Assembly (NCBI GenBank): GCA_003565295.1
Contig: PXCO01000129.1
Coordinates: forward strand, 45,929 to 109,928
Direction: 5' to 3'
DNA: 64,000 nt
DNA from: Cyclobacteriaceae bacterium
GTDB lineage: Bacteria; Bacteroidota; Bacteroidia; Cytophagales; Cyclobacteriaceae
Part shown: positions 26,255-35,139 of the stretch, piece after piece
How positions within the stretch are numbered: position 1 is the first letter of the stretch
Layout: every line of letters begins with the position of its first letter
Program-made: the position numbers and the translations under genes
The notes under the pieces: model-generated
Told to the model about the DNA's origin: nothing
Database searches by the model: none
What the model saw: the letters and a program-made list of their open reading frames with translations, nothing else

Positions 26255-27115
26255 TCAAGTACACCTATATTCTGCGGGAGAAATCCCCGTTTTGTTTTTA
26301 AAAAAACGGCTAAAGCTGGCCACATCAGGGAAGTTGAGTAAATAGGCTACTTGCTCCACGGTTTCATCGGTATTTTTGAGCAGGGATTTAGCCTCCAGGG
26401 TTATTTTCTGGTGGATAAGTGTGAGGGGGGATTGCCCGGTTTTTTCCTTTACGAGTTCACCTAGATAGCCGGGGGAAATGTGAAGTTGATCCGCATAGAA
26501 TTTCACGGTGTGTTCACTGCCAAAATGCAAACTAAGCAACCTGGTGAATTCATAATATAATTTTTCCCTCCTGCCAAAAACCTCAGGCAGCAGATGGGAG
26601 GATGGAGAATTTCCGTATATCGCATTTAGTTCAAAGAGCAAGGCATGAAGTAATCCTCTTATTACTTCCATTTTGTGCGGAGTGTCCAGGCTTTTGTCTT
26701 TTTTATGCAGTGCCTTGAAATAATTGAGGGTCAATTTTTCCTGTTCCTCATCCAGGGGCATGACAGGATTTGCTTCCTCAGAAAAAAAAGGGAGGTTAAT
26801 TGAGTTGGCCGTTTTAAGTGTGAAGAATTCCGGGGAGAATGAAATCAAATATCCTTTAAAATCATCAATTTCCAGCATCTGATGCATCTCGTTGGGTCTG
26901 AAAAACATCACCTGCCCTCCCTCAAATTTATATTCCTTGTCATATATCCTAACTATGTAATGTCCTGAAATACAAATAGATATGGAATAAAATTGGGGGC
27001 GTATCAAATCGGGGGTAACTCCATGGTAGATATCATCCGTGACCAGGAAGGGCTCCTGAGGAGAGTTTTTGCCAAAATTGGCATGGTGGAGATCCATACT
27101 GACGGGTCTGTACAT
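26255..27115 (-). CDS. AraC family transcriptional regulator
   Basis: 286 aa. N-terminal cupin-like sensor region. C-terminal double HTH ('...ISPGYLGELVKEKTGQSP...' and '...VAYLLNFPDVASFSRFFKNKTGISPAEYR'). Confidence 0.9.
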   Translation of the reverse strand: MYRPVSMDLHHANFGKNSPQEPFLVTDDIYHGVTPDLIRPQFYSISICISGHYIVRIYDKEYKFEGGQVMFFRPNEMHQMLEIDDFKGYLISFSPEFFTLKTANSINLPFFSEEANPVMPLDEEQEKLTLNYFKALHKKDKSLDTPHKMEVIRGLLHALLFELNAIYGNSPSSHLLPEVFGRREKLYYEFTRLLSLHFGSEHTVKFYADQLHISPGYLGELVKEKTGQSPLTLIHQKITLEAKSLLKNTDETVEQVAYLLNFPDVASFSRFFKNKTGISPAEYRCT

Positions 27116-27356
27116 GAGTATTTTTGTGGGTACCTTTTCCTTAGACTCTTAATGCGGCTCCAGGTTTAATGACAAAATTAAAAAGTTACCTCAATAACCT
27201 CCATGGTCTTACCGTAATTTTGACAAAAAGAACCCAAAAATTGATAAGTGTTCTGTGCCTAATTGCCCTTACCTTTGGATTAACGTTTAAGTATAAACAA
27301 ATCATAATATGGGTTTTTGTTAGGAGCATACATTTAAAATATTGCCTCCTATGATC

Positions 27357-27386
27357 AAAAAAGCTATCTGTTTTTCAGGTAGCTTT
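27357..27386 (-). terminator. Rho-independent terminator of the lipid kinase gene
   Basis: Stem aagctatctg / caggtagctt with one mismatch (27361-27385). The A6 run on the plus strand gives a T-run on the minus strand immediately after the hairpin. Confidence 0.6.
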
Positions 27387-27388
27387 TT

Positions 27389-28300
27389 TTACAGGTAACC
27401 TTCCCGTGTCAGATGCATATTTCCCTTATGAGTGAGTAGGGGGACTTTACCGGCTAACATTTTCACCTCTATTTCCTTGTATTCCCCTGTCACTTCCCCA
27501 TCCAGTTGCAGGAGCCTGGGTCGGTCAAATATCAATTTTGCATGTTTTCCCTGGTAAACGCTGCTGTACTTTTGCCGGTTAAAGGTATCCCTGAAGCTGC
27601 TCAAGCCTGCCTCCAACAATGAGGCGGCGTTTACCTCCTTCACGCAGACAATCTCAAACTTGCCGTCCATGGGGTTTCCTTTTCGGTTGATGACCACCCC
27701 AGTTCCGTATTTTTGGGAATTGCAGATGGCTGCCATGTAACATTTCTCCTCATATTCCTCCCCATCCACGATCACTTTCACAGGAAAGGGGGAGGTGTTA
27801 TTAAGTTCTTCAAAAAAATATTTTGCATAGGTGAGCATCCCCCGGTTGCTGTCCTCCTCATAGGATTTCACCAGGTTGGCATTTATCCCCACATCGCCCA
27901 GGTGTAAGGTATAATGTTTTGCATTGATACAAAGCAAATCCAGCCCTGCGACCAAATGGCTACACACAAAGTCCAGGAAAGCCTGCATGGGGTCTTCTGA
28001 CACCATAAGTTCCTTGGCCATGCCATTTGCAGAGCCGAGTGGGATAATTCCCATGGGTATACCCATGTCCAATAGTGCTACTGCGGTGAAAAGCACGGTG
28101 CCATCCCCCCCTACGGCTAATGCCCGATCGGGATCAAACTTCCGGACCTGGTCTAATAGACGTTTCTTGTCATTATGTCCCTTGGTCTCAAATACCTCAT
28201 ACTTCAGACCATAGTGGTCACAAAGAGAAGTGGCTTCAATGATAAAGGGACCTTTATCCACCCCACCCGAGACGGGGTTCACTACAAAAAGGATTTTCAT
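27389..28300 (-). CDS. Diacylglycerol/lipid kinase family protein (YegS/BmrU-like)
   Basis: 303 aa. 'NPVSGG' N-terminus and 'AVGGDGTV' catalytic-domain motif. Confidence 0.85.
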   Translation of the reverse strand: MKILFVVNPVSGGVDKGPFIIEATSLCDHYGLKYEVFETKGHNDKKRLLDQVRKFDPDRALAVGGDGTVLFTAVALLDMGIPMGIIPLGSANGMAKELMVSEDPMQAFLDFVCSHLVAGLDLLCINAKHYTLHLGDVGINANLVKSYEEDSNRGMLTYAKYFFEELNNTSPFPVKVIVDGEEYEEKCYMAAICNSQKYGTGVVINRKGNPMDGKFEIVCVKEVNAASLLEAGLSSFRDTFNRQKYSSVYQGKHAKLIFDRPRLLQLDGEVTGEYKEIEVKMLAGKVPLLTHKGNMHLTREGYL

Positions 28301-28479
28301 ATCTGTGGGTTTGAAAATCTAGGTGCAACGGATGTTTTGTCCATCATTGCACCCAAATCCCATTTACCAAAAAATATGCCATCTGCGGAAATGAACCTGT
28401 CCACTGACATAAAAAAGAGAGCATAGGTAGGCTGTTAATGGAATCTTTTATATTTTGGAGCTTGGAAACTAAAAACACT

Positions 28480-29622
28480 ATGAACCTTAAATTATGGATT
28501 GCGGGGCTGATGACTGGAACGGTAGTATTGTTATCGGCCTGTGCGACCAACAGCGACAGAGGCAGTGAAGAAGGTAAGGCTTCTTCTGAAGAAGATATGG
28601 CATCCTGCCACGACAATATCCCGGACCGTTTTGGAGGAACATCAGCCACAGAGGCTGGACAACAACAACCATCTGACAAACCTCTTTCCCATGAGGGGAT
28701 GGTTTGGATAGAAGGGGGCGAATTTACCATGGGTGCCACGGATGAACGTGGCAGAAAGGATGAATTGCCGGCACATAGGGTAAAGGTGGACGGCTTTTGG
28801 ATGGATGAAACGGAAGTGACCAATGCGCAGTTTACCGAATTTGTGGAGGCCACAGGCTATGTCACGGTAGCGGAGAAAGCACCTGATTGGGAGGAGATCA
28901 AAAAGCAGTTACCGCCCGGAACGCCAAAGCCACCGGATGAAGTATTGGTAGCCGCTTCCCTTACTTTTACCCCACCTCCCAGAAGGGTTAACCTCAATAA
29001 TGCCGCCCAATGGTGGGATTGGACCCCGGGGGCAAGCTGGAAGCATCCCAAGGGCCCCGGCTCCAATTTAGAGGGCAAGGATGACTTCCCTGTGGTACAC
29101 GTGGCCTGGGAAGATGCCGTGGCCTACTGCAAATGGGCGGGTAAGAGGCTGCCCACAGAGGCTGAATGGGAATACGCTGCCAGGGGAGGGCAGGAGAATA
29201 AATCCTTTCCCTGGGGGAATAAGCCCGTGGAATCCGATGGCTTTCTGGCCAATATCTGGCAGGGTGAGTTTCCTGTAGAGGACACTGGAAAAGACGGATT
29301 TCAAGGTCTGGCCCCGGTGAAGTCTTTTGGGGCCAATCCCTATGGATTATATGACATGGCAGGCAACGTATGGGAATGGACCTCTGATTGGTATCATGAG
29401 GGGTATTACGCAAGCGTGAAAGAGGAAATGCTGCACAACCCTAAAGGCCCATCACAAAGCTATGACCCACAGGAACCCACCGTGCCCAAAAGGGTGGTAA
29501 AGGGTGGTTCCTTTCTTTGCAATGTGAGTTATTGCGAGGGGTACCGGGTAAGTGCCAAGATGAAATCTTCACCGGATACCGGATTGGAGCATACTGGATT
29601 CCGCTGTGTGTCCTCCAAATAA
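28480..29622 (+). CDS. Formylglycine-generating enzyme (SUMF1/FGE family) lipoprotein
   Basis: Signal peptide with lipobox 'VVLLSAC' from the internal ATG at 28480. 'GGEFTMG', 'LPTEAEWEYAARGG', 'GNVWEW' and 'KGGSFLC' are FGE-sulfatase domain hallmarks. Confidence 0.9.
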   Translation: MNLKLWIAGLMTGTVVLLSACATNSDRGSEEGKASSEEDMASCHDNIPDRFGGTSATEAGQQQPSDKPLSHEGMVWIEGGEFTMGATDERGRKDELPAHRVKVDGFWMDETEVTNAQFTEFVEATGYVTVAEKAPDWEEIKKQLPPGTPKPPDEVLVAASLTFTPPPRRVNLNNAAQWWDWTPGASWKHPKGPGSNLEGKDDFPVVHVAWEDAVAYCKWAGKRLPTEAEWEYAARGGQENKSFPWGNKPVESDGFLANIWQGEFPVEDTGKDGFQGLAPVKSFGANPYGLYDMAGNVWEWTSDWYHEGYYASVKEEMLHNPKGPSQSYDPQEPTVPKRVVKGGSFLCNVSYCEGYRVSAKMKSSPDTGLEHTGFRCVSSK

Positions 29623-29650
29623 TGTCCTAAGCCCAATAATAACCTAAACC

Positions 29651-31228
29651 ATGAATGTAAAAACCCATTTCACAATTCTGCTGGTCTGCCTTGTGCTTTT
29701 TAGCTGTGGCAAGGAAGCAGATCCTCCTAGGAAGCCGAATATTCTATTTGCCATCTCTGACGATGCCTCCTTTCCCCATAAGGGGGCTTATGGTACCGAT
29801 TGGGTCCATACGCCAAATTTTGACAGGGTAGCAAAAGAGGGTTTGTTGTTTATGAAAGCCTTCACCCCAAATGCCAAGTGTGCCCCCAGCCGTTCGATAA
29901 TCCTGACGGGAAGAAACTCCTGGCAACTAGAGGAGGCCGCCAATCATGTCCCTTTTTTCCCTGAGAAGTTCAAATCCTTTATGGAAGTATTAGCTGCTGA
30001 AGGTTACCATGCCGGATTCACAGGAAAAGGATGGGCTCCCGGAAACCCAGGGGAGATCAATGGAAAAAGAAGGGAACTTACCGGGAAGCGGTATTCCAAC
30101 AAGACTTTATCCCCACCCACATCCAAGATTAATAAAAATGATTATTCCTCCAATTTCATAGACTTTCTGGAAGATAGGGAAGGGGAGCAGCCCTTCTTCT
30201 TTTGGTATGGGTGTACCGAGCCGCACAGGGCTTATGAATTTCAATCAGGGGTGAACATGGGTGGCAAAAGCCTGGATGACATTGATCGGGTTCCCGCATT
30301 CTGGCCAGATGTGGACAGTGTGAGGCATGACATGTTGGATTACGCCTATGAAATCGAACATTTTGACCATCATTTGGGAAACATGATCGCTACATTGGAG
30401 GAGCGAGGGGAATTGGAAAACACCATCATAGTGATAACCTCTGATAATGGCATGCCTTTCCCTAAGGCAAAAGGTAACGCTTACTTATATTCTCATCATC
30501 TGCCGCTGGCTATCATGTGGCCTGCAGGTATCAAAAACCCGGGAAGGGTTATCGAAGATTATATCAGTTTTATCGATTTTGCGCCCACCTTTTTGGAATT
30601 GGCGGAAATTGATCCAGAGGAAGCCGAGATGCCGGAAATAGAGGGCAAAAGCTTTACGGACATTTTTTACACAGCAGAGGAAGGAAGGATTAATACCGAT
30701 AGAAACGCGGTAATTATCGGTCAGGAAAGGCATGATGTGGGCAGGCCAAACGATGTAGGTTACCCGATCAGGGGCATTATCACAGACGAGTACATTTACC
30801 TGCATAATTTCGAAAACGAGAGATGGCCCGCAGGAAACCCACAGACCGGATACCTGAATACAGATGGCAGCCCCACCAAAACGGTGGTTTTGAATAGTAG
30901 GAGGGAGGAAGGTATGCGACATTTCTGGGTGGGTTCCTTCGGTAAAAGACCTCAGGAGGAACTTTATTTGGTGCCTGAGGACAGGGAGTGCATACAAAAC
31001 CTGGCCCTTCATGCAGAGCACCAGGAAAGAAAGGACAACCTTAAGCGCCTGCTTTTTGAGGAGTTAAGGCGGCAGAAGGATCCCAGGATGTTTGGACAGG
31101 GGCATGTTTTCGACGAGTATCCTTATGCACAATCAGATATGAGGAATTTCTTTGAAAGATATATGCAGGGAGAAAAACTGGAACCAGGGTGGGTGAATCC
31201 AACGGACTTTGAACCGGACTTTCGATGA
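29651..31228 (+). CDS. Cys-type sulfatase (lipoprotein)
   Basis: 525 aa. Lipobox 'LFSC'. Sulfatase signature 'CAPSRSIILTGR' (C-x-P-x-R). Confidence 0.9.
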   Translation: MNVKTHFTILLVCLVLFSCGKEADPPRKPNILFAISDDASFPHKGAYGTDWVHTPNFDRVAKEGLLFMKAFTPNAKCAPSRSIILTGRNSWQLEEAANHVPFFPEKFKSFMEVLAAEGYHAGFTGKGWAPGNPGEINGKRRELTGKRYSNKTLSPPTSKINKNDYSSNFIDFLEDREGEQPFFFWYGCTEPHRAYEFQSGVNMGGKSLDDIDRVPAFWPDVDSVRHDMLDYAYEIEHFDHHLGNMIATLEERGELENTIIVITSDNGMPFPKAKGNAYLYSHHLPLAIMWPAGIKNPGRVIEDYISFIDFAPTFLELAEIDPEEAEMPEIEGKSFTDIFYTAEEGRINTDRNAVIIGQERHDVGRPNDVGYPIRGIITDEYIYLHNFENERWPAGNPQTGYLNTDGSPTKTVVLNSRREEGMRHFWVGSFGKRPQEELYLVPEDRECIQNLALHAEHQERKDNLKRLLFEELRRQKDPRMFGQGHVFDEYPYAQSDMRNFFERYMQGEKLEPGWVNPTDFEPDFR

Positions 31229-32673
31229 AGAAGAAGCTACGATGGATTTTCATGTTTCTTCTGTTCCTAACAGGTACATTGGAAATGCTTGCACAAGGAT
31301 CAACGCCCAATATTGTTTTGATTATCGCCGACGACATTGGGTGGGATGATTTGGGCTGCTATGGTCACCCTTTGGTTCAATCTCCCAATATAGACAGAAT
31401 GGCAAATGAGGGGTTGAAACTGGAGAATTTTTACCTTAGCACCAGTTCTTGCAGCCCTAGCCGCTGTAGCATCATTTCGGGGAGATACCCCCATAATACC
31501 GGAGCTGCAGAATTACATACCCCTCTCCCTGCCTCCATTTCTATCTTTCCGGAGTTATTGAAAGAGGCAGGATATTTTACTGCGCAGTCGGGCAAATGGC
31601 ATATGGGGGATGCCCCTAGAAGGGGGTTTGATGTGATACATGATAAGGAAGGCATAGGGGATGGTGGAGAAGAAATGTGGGTGCCTACCCTCCGGGATAG
31701 ACCCAAGGATAAACCATTTTTTCTTTGGTTGGCAGCCTTGGATGCACACAGGCCCTGGGGCCCAAATGAATTCAGTGGAGCCCATAACCCTGATAAAGTG
31801 CAGCCTCCTGTATATTTGGCTGATGCTGGCCCCACAAAAAAGGATCTTGCGCAGTATTATGACGAGATCAAGCGGTTTGACCATTATATTGGAGAGGTGG
31901 AGATGGAACTGCATCGCCAAGGAGTGTTGGAAAATACCTTGATCATGATTATTTCGGACAATGGGAGGCCATTTCCCAGGAGTAAGACCAGGATGTACGA
32001 TAGTGGGATTAAATCCCCTTTTGTGGCCAAATGGCCTAAAGGGATAAAAATGCCGGGCGCAGTTTCCAAAAGTATGGTCAGTAGCATTGATATTGCCGCC
32101 ACTTGTCTGGAAGTGGCAGGGGTGGAAGTATCGGACAGCTTTCAGGGCAAAAGCTTTGCCGGCCTATTTCAGGAACCTCAGGCCCCCTTTAGGAAGTATG
32201 TCTTTGCGGAGCACAATTGGCATGATCATGAGGCGTTGGAAAGGATGGTTCGAACAGAAGACTATTTGTATGTGTTGAATAAAAGGCCAAATCTAAGCAA
32301 TAATGGGCCTGCTGATTCCAATGCCAGTCCCTCTTATGATGACCTTAAAAAACTCAGGGACGAAGGAAGGTTATCCCATGCTCAGACAGATATATTTATA
32401 AGTCCCAGACCCATTGAGGAGCTGTATTTCGTGAATGCCGACAAGGATCAATTGTTAAACTTAGGTGACCACCAAAAGCATAATCAAGCCTTGCAGGAGC
32501 TGAGAGGGGTGATGGAGGAATGGATCAGGGAAACTCTGGATACACACCCCGAAAACTTAACCCAAGACTGGTATGATAAGGAAACGGGGATGCCGCTAGA
32601 TGTGGAGAGAACTAGGGGAGAGATGCCCGGGGGCAAACCTGCTATGCAAACCACTGCCAAGGGGCCGTTTTAG
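31225..32673 (+). CDS. Cys-type sulfatase (secreted)
   Basis: 482 aa with a signal peptide. Signature 'CSPSRCSIISGR'. The start overlaps the upstream stop (ATGA). Confidence 0.9.
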   Translation: MKKKLRWIFMFLLFLTGTLEMLAQGSTPNIVLIIADDIGWDDLGCYGHPLVQSPNIDRMANEGLKLENFYLSTSSCSPSRCSIISGRYPHNTGAAELHTPLPASISIFPELLKEAGYFTAQSGKWHMGDAPRRGFDVIHDKEGIGDGGEEMWVPTLRDRPKDKPFFLWLAALDAHRPWGPNEFSGAHNPDKVQPPVYLADAGPTKKDLAQYYDEIKRFDHYIGEVEMELHRQGVLENTLIMIISDNGRPFPRSKTRMYDSGIKSPFVAKWPKGIKMPGAVSKSMVSSIDIAATCLEVAGVEVSDSFQGKSFAGLFQEPQAPFRKYVFAEHNWHDHEALERMVRTEDYLYVLNKRPNLSNNGPADSNASPSYDDLKKLRDEGRLSHAQTDIFISPRPIEELYFVNADKDQLLNLGDHQKHNQALQELRGVMEEWIRETLDTHPENLTQDWYDKETGMPLDVERTRGEMPGGKPAMQTTAKGPF

Positions 32674-32781
32674 AAACATATGATCAAATCGAGCATGAAG
32701 ATGGCGTCACGGAGAGGGATGCCCCCTGATAATTATCGGGGCTGGGGCAGGTAATGATCGCTGAAAACGTATTATAAACAA

Positions 32782-35139
32782 ATGAGAAATTTCAGTTTTT
32801 TCGGTTTTTGTATGATCAACAACAAATACCCGATGCTTTTGGGCCTGGTTGTGTTCATTGGCTTGGCTTCTTGCCAGCAGAAAAGAGAGATCGAGCGTCC
32901 CCTGGATCCCTGGGCATTCAGATCTGTTCTTGACCGCAAGCCCAGGATGCTGACTCTTGCATTGGATTCGGCGTGCTATGTTGCCTATGATCTTGCCAAT
33001 TTGAAACTGTACAAAGTTTGGAAGGGAGGGGTGTTGCTGGAAGGTACCGTATATACAAACAAAAAAAACATCCAACCCAGCAGTTGGGGTACTCCCTATC
33101 TTGAAGAGGATGACCTATACAATGAATGGAGAATCTTAAATGGGGAAAGTGAGGTTTCGGCGGAATGGCAATATAAAGGGTATGCACTTAAAGATAAACA
33201 GATCAGGATACGGTTTGAGGCCCGCCTTGGAAATGGGGATGTCATTCAGATAGAGGAGCATCCGGAGTTTGTGAGAGATGATGAAGGCAAACCCGGCCTG
33301 GAGCGTAGTCTGCTGGTAAGGGGACTGCCTTCTAATTATAAGTTGGAACTTTGTTCTTCTGCGCAATGTGTGAGCTGGGGGGAGTCAGGAAAGCAGGTGT
33401 TGCAAACATTTTTCGAACCACTTCCAAAGCAGGAACCCCCTGCATTGAGCGATAAGTACGATCACTTGGGTATTTTGAAAATGGAAATGAGTGATTGTTT
33501 CACCTGTCATGAGGAACATTATAGAACAGTAGGACCATCATTCGAAGAAATTGCTACCAAATACCCTGATAAAAAGAAATACTATCCTTACCTGACCCAA
33601 AAAATCCAGGAAGGAGGGGCCGGCACCTGGGGGGATACCCCTATGAATTCTCATCCGGAGTTGAGTGCTGCGGATATTCGCCCTATGTTGGACTACATTT
33701 ATACCTTAAAACCCGTGGAATCCCAGCAAGCTCAGGTTCGGGTACAAAAGGTAAGCCTGGATGAGGACAGGAGGACTCCTGGTTTTGGTACTTCCCTGGA
33801 AGGGGTACATCCAAGTTTCGATTTGCAGACCTTGCATTTCGGGGAGTTCAAGCCAAGAGTGGGGGCCATGGCCTTTTTGCCCGACGGGCGCTTATTGGTG
33901 TCTACCTGGGATCGCATAGGGGCAGTCTACTTGTTGGACGGAGTACTGGAAGGGGATACCACTCAAATTCAAATTAAACGTATCGCTGAGGGGCTGGCGG
34001 AGCCCTTAGGGCTGGAAGTGGTGGATGGGGAGATCTATGTGCTTCAAAAGCACGAATTGACCCACCTGGTGGATACGGATGGAGACGATATCATTGATGA
34101 GTACAGGGTAATTTCTGATGCCTGGGGGGTCACCGATGATTTTCATGAGTTTGCCTTTGGCCTGGTGCACGATAAGGAAAAATTTTACATTACCACCTCT
34201 ATGGCCATGCGGCTTATGTCCCATCAACGGCAACATCCTGATCGGGGCAGAACCCTTGAAATAAGTAGGGATGGAGGCTATAGGGGGCTTGATTATGGGC
34301 TGAGGACACCCAATGGGATTGGTAAAGGTGTGGATGGTGAGTTGTTTGTAACGGACAACCAGGGGCAATGGCTTCCCGGTAATAAACTGATCCATGTTCA
34401 GGAAGGTGCTTATAATGGAATGGCTTGGGGCCTGCCGGATTCATTGGACAAAGCCCCTCCCATGGTTCCACCCGCGATATGGTTGCCTGATGCCGAGATC
34501 GGTAATTCCCCCTCAGAGCCTATCCTGATACATGAGGGGACTTATAAAGGACAAATGCTTCATGGAGACGTTACCCATGGAGGCATTAAAAGGGATTTCC
34601 TGGAAAAGATCAACGGTGCCTACCAAGGTGCAGTATTCCGCTTTTCGCAGGGGTTTACCGCAGGCGTAAACCGATTAGTATGGGGACCGGATGCCGCATT
34701 ATACGTGGGAGAGGTGGGCATGGTGGGAGGTTGGAGCTGGAAAGAAAACCAATATGGCCTAGAAAAACTAAGTTATAATGGCAATTCCACCTTTGAAATG
34801 CTCGCTATTCGGGCCCAACCCGATGGGTTTGAAATAGAGTTTACAGAGCCGCTGTCTGACAAGGGTATCTCCCTTGATGATCTTTTTTTACAACAGTGGT
34901 GGTACGAGCCCACATCTTCTTACGGAGGGCCGAAAAAGGACCTCAGCACCCTTACCCCTTCCAAGATATCCTTGTCCGAGGACCGGACAAAATGCCATAT
35001 TGTAATACCTGGTTTAAAAGAGAAACATGTGGTGTATTTTCTATTATCATCAAACATCGTGAATGAGCAAGGTAACCCACTCTGGTCGGGAGAGGGCTGG
35101 TACACTTTAAACCATATCCCCAGATCTAATGAAAATTAA
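32782..35139 (+). CDS. Lipoprotein with a class-I cytochrome c domain and a glucose/sorbosone-dehydrogenase-like beta-propeller
   Basis: 785 aa. Lipobox 'GLASC' (the real start may be the ATG at 32812). Single haem motif 'CFTCH' followed by 'GTWGDTPMNSHP'. The propeller-like region includes 'NQGQWLPGNK'. Confidence 0.65.
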   Translation: MRNFSFFGFCMINNKYPMLLGLVVFIGLASCQQKREIERPLDPWAFRSVLDRKPRMLTLALDSACYVAYDLANLKLYKVWKGGVLLEGTVYTNKKNIQPSSWGTPYLEEDDLYNEWRILNGESEVSAEWQYKGYALKDKQIRIRFEARLGNGDVIQIEEHPEFVRDDEGKPGLERSLLVRGLPSNYKLELCSSAQCVSWGESGKQVLQTFFEPLPKQEPPALSDKYDHLGILKMEMSDCFTCHEEHYRTVGPSFEEIATKYPDKKKYYPYLTQKIQEGGAGTWGDTPMNSHPELSAADIRPMLDYIYTLKPVESQQAQVRVQKVSLDEDRRTPGFGTSLEGVHPSFDLQTLHFGEFKPRVGAMAFLPDGRLLVSTWDRIGAVYLLDGVLEGDTTQIQIKRIAEGLAEPLGLEVVDGEIYVLQKHELTHLVDTDGDDIIDEYRVISDAWGVTDDFHEFAFGLVHDKEKFYITTSMAMRLMSHQRQHPDRGRTLEISRDGGYRGLDYGLRTPNGIGKGVDGELFVTDNQGQWLPGNKLIHVQEGAYNGMAWGLPDSLDKAPPMVPPAIWLPDAEIGNSPSEPILIHEGTYKGQMLHGDVTHGGIKRDFLEKINGAYQGAVFRFSQGFTAGVNRLVWGPDAALYVGEVGMVGGWSWKENQYGLEKLSYNGNSTFEMLAIRAQPDGFEIEFTEPLSDKGISLDDLFLQQWWYEPTSSYGGPKKDLSTLTPSKISLSEDRTKCHIVIPGLKEKHVVYFLLSSNIVNEQGNPLWSGEGWYTLNHIPRSNEN

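Noticed and set aside
27169-27354. 61-aa ORF between the AraC and lipid kinase genes
   Set aside because: It is a short AT-rich ORF opposite the local transcription direction. It ends at the kinase terminator hairpin and has no motif, so it is probably non-coding.
28344-28853. 169-aa minus-strand ORF across the DAG-kinase/FGE divergent region
   Set aside because: It overlaps the 5' part of the FGE gene in antisense. It is Ser/Pro-rich and low-complexity, and no start context supports it.
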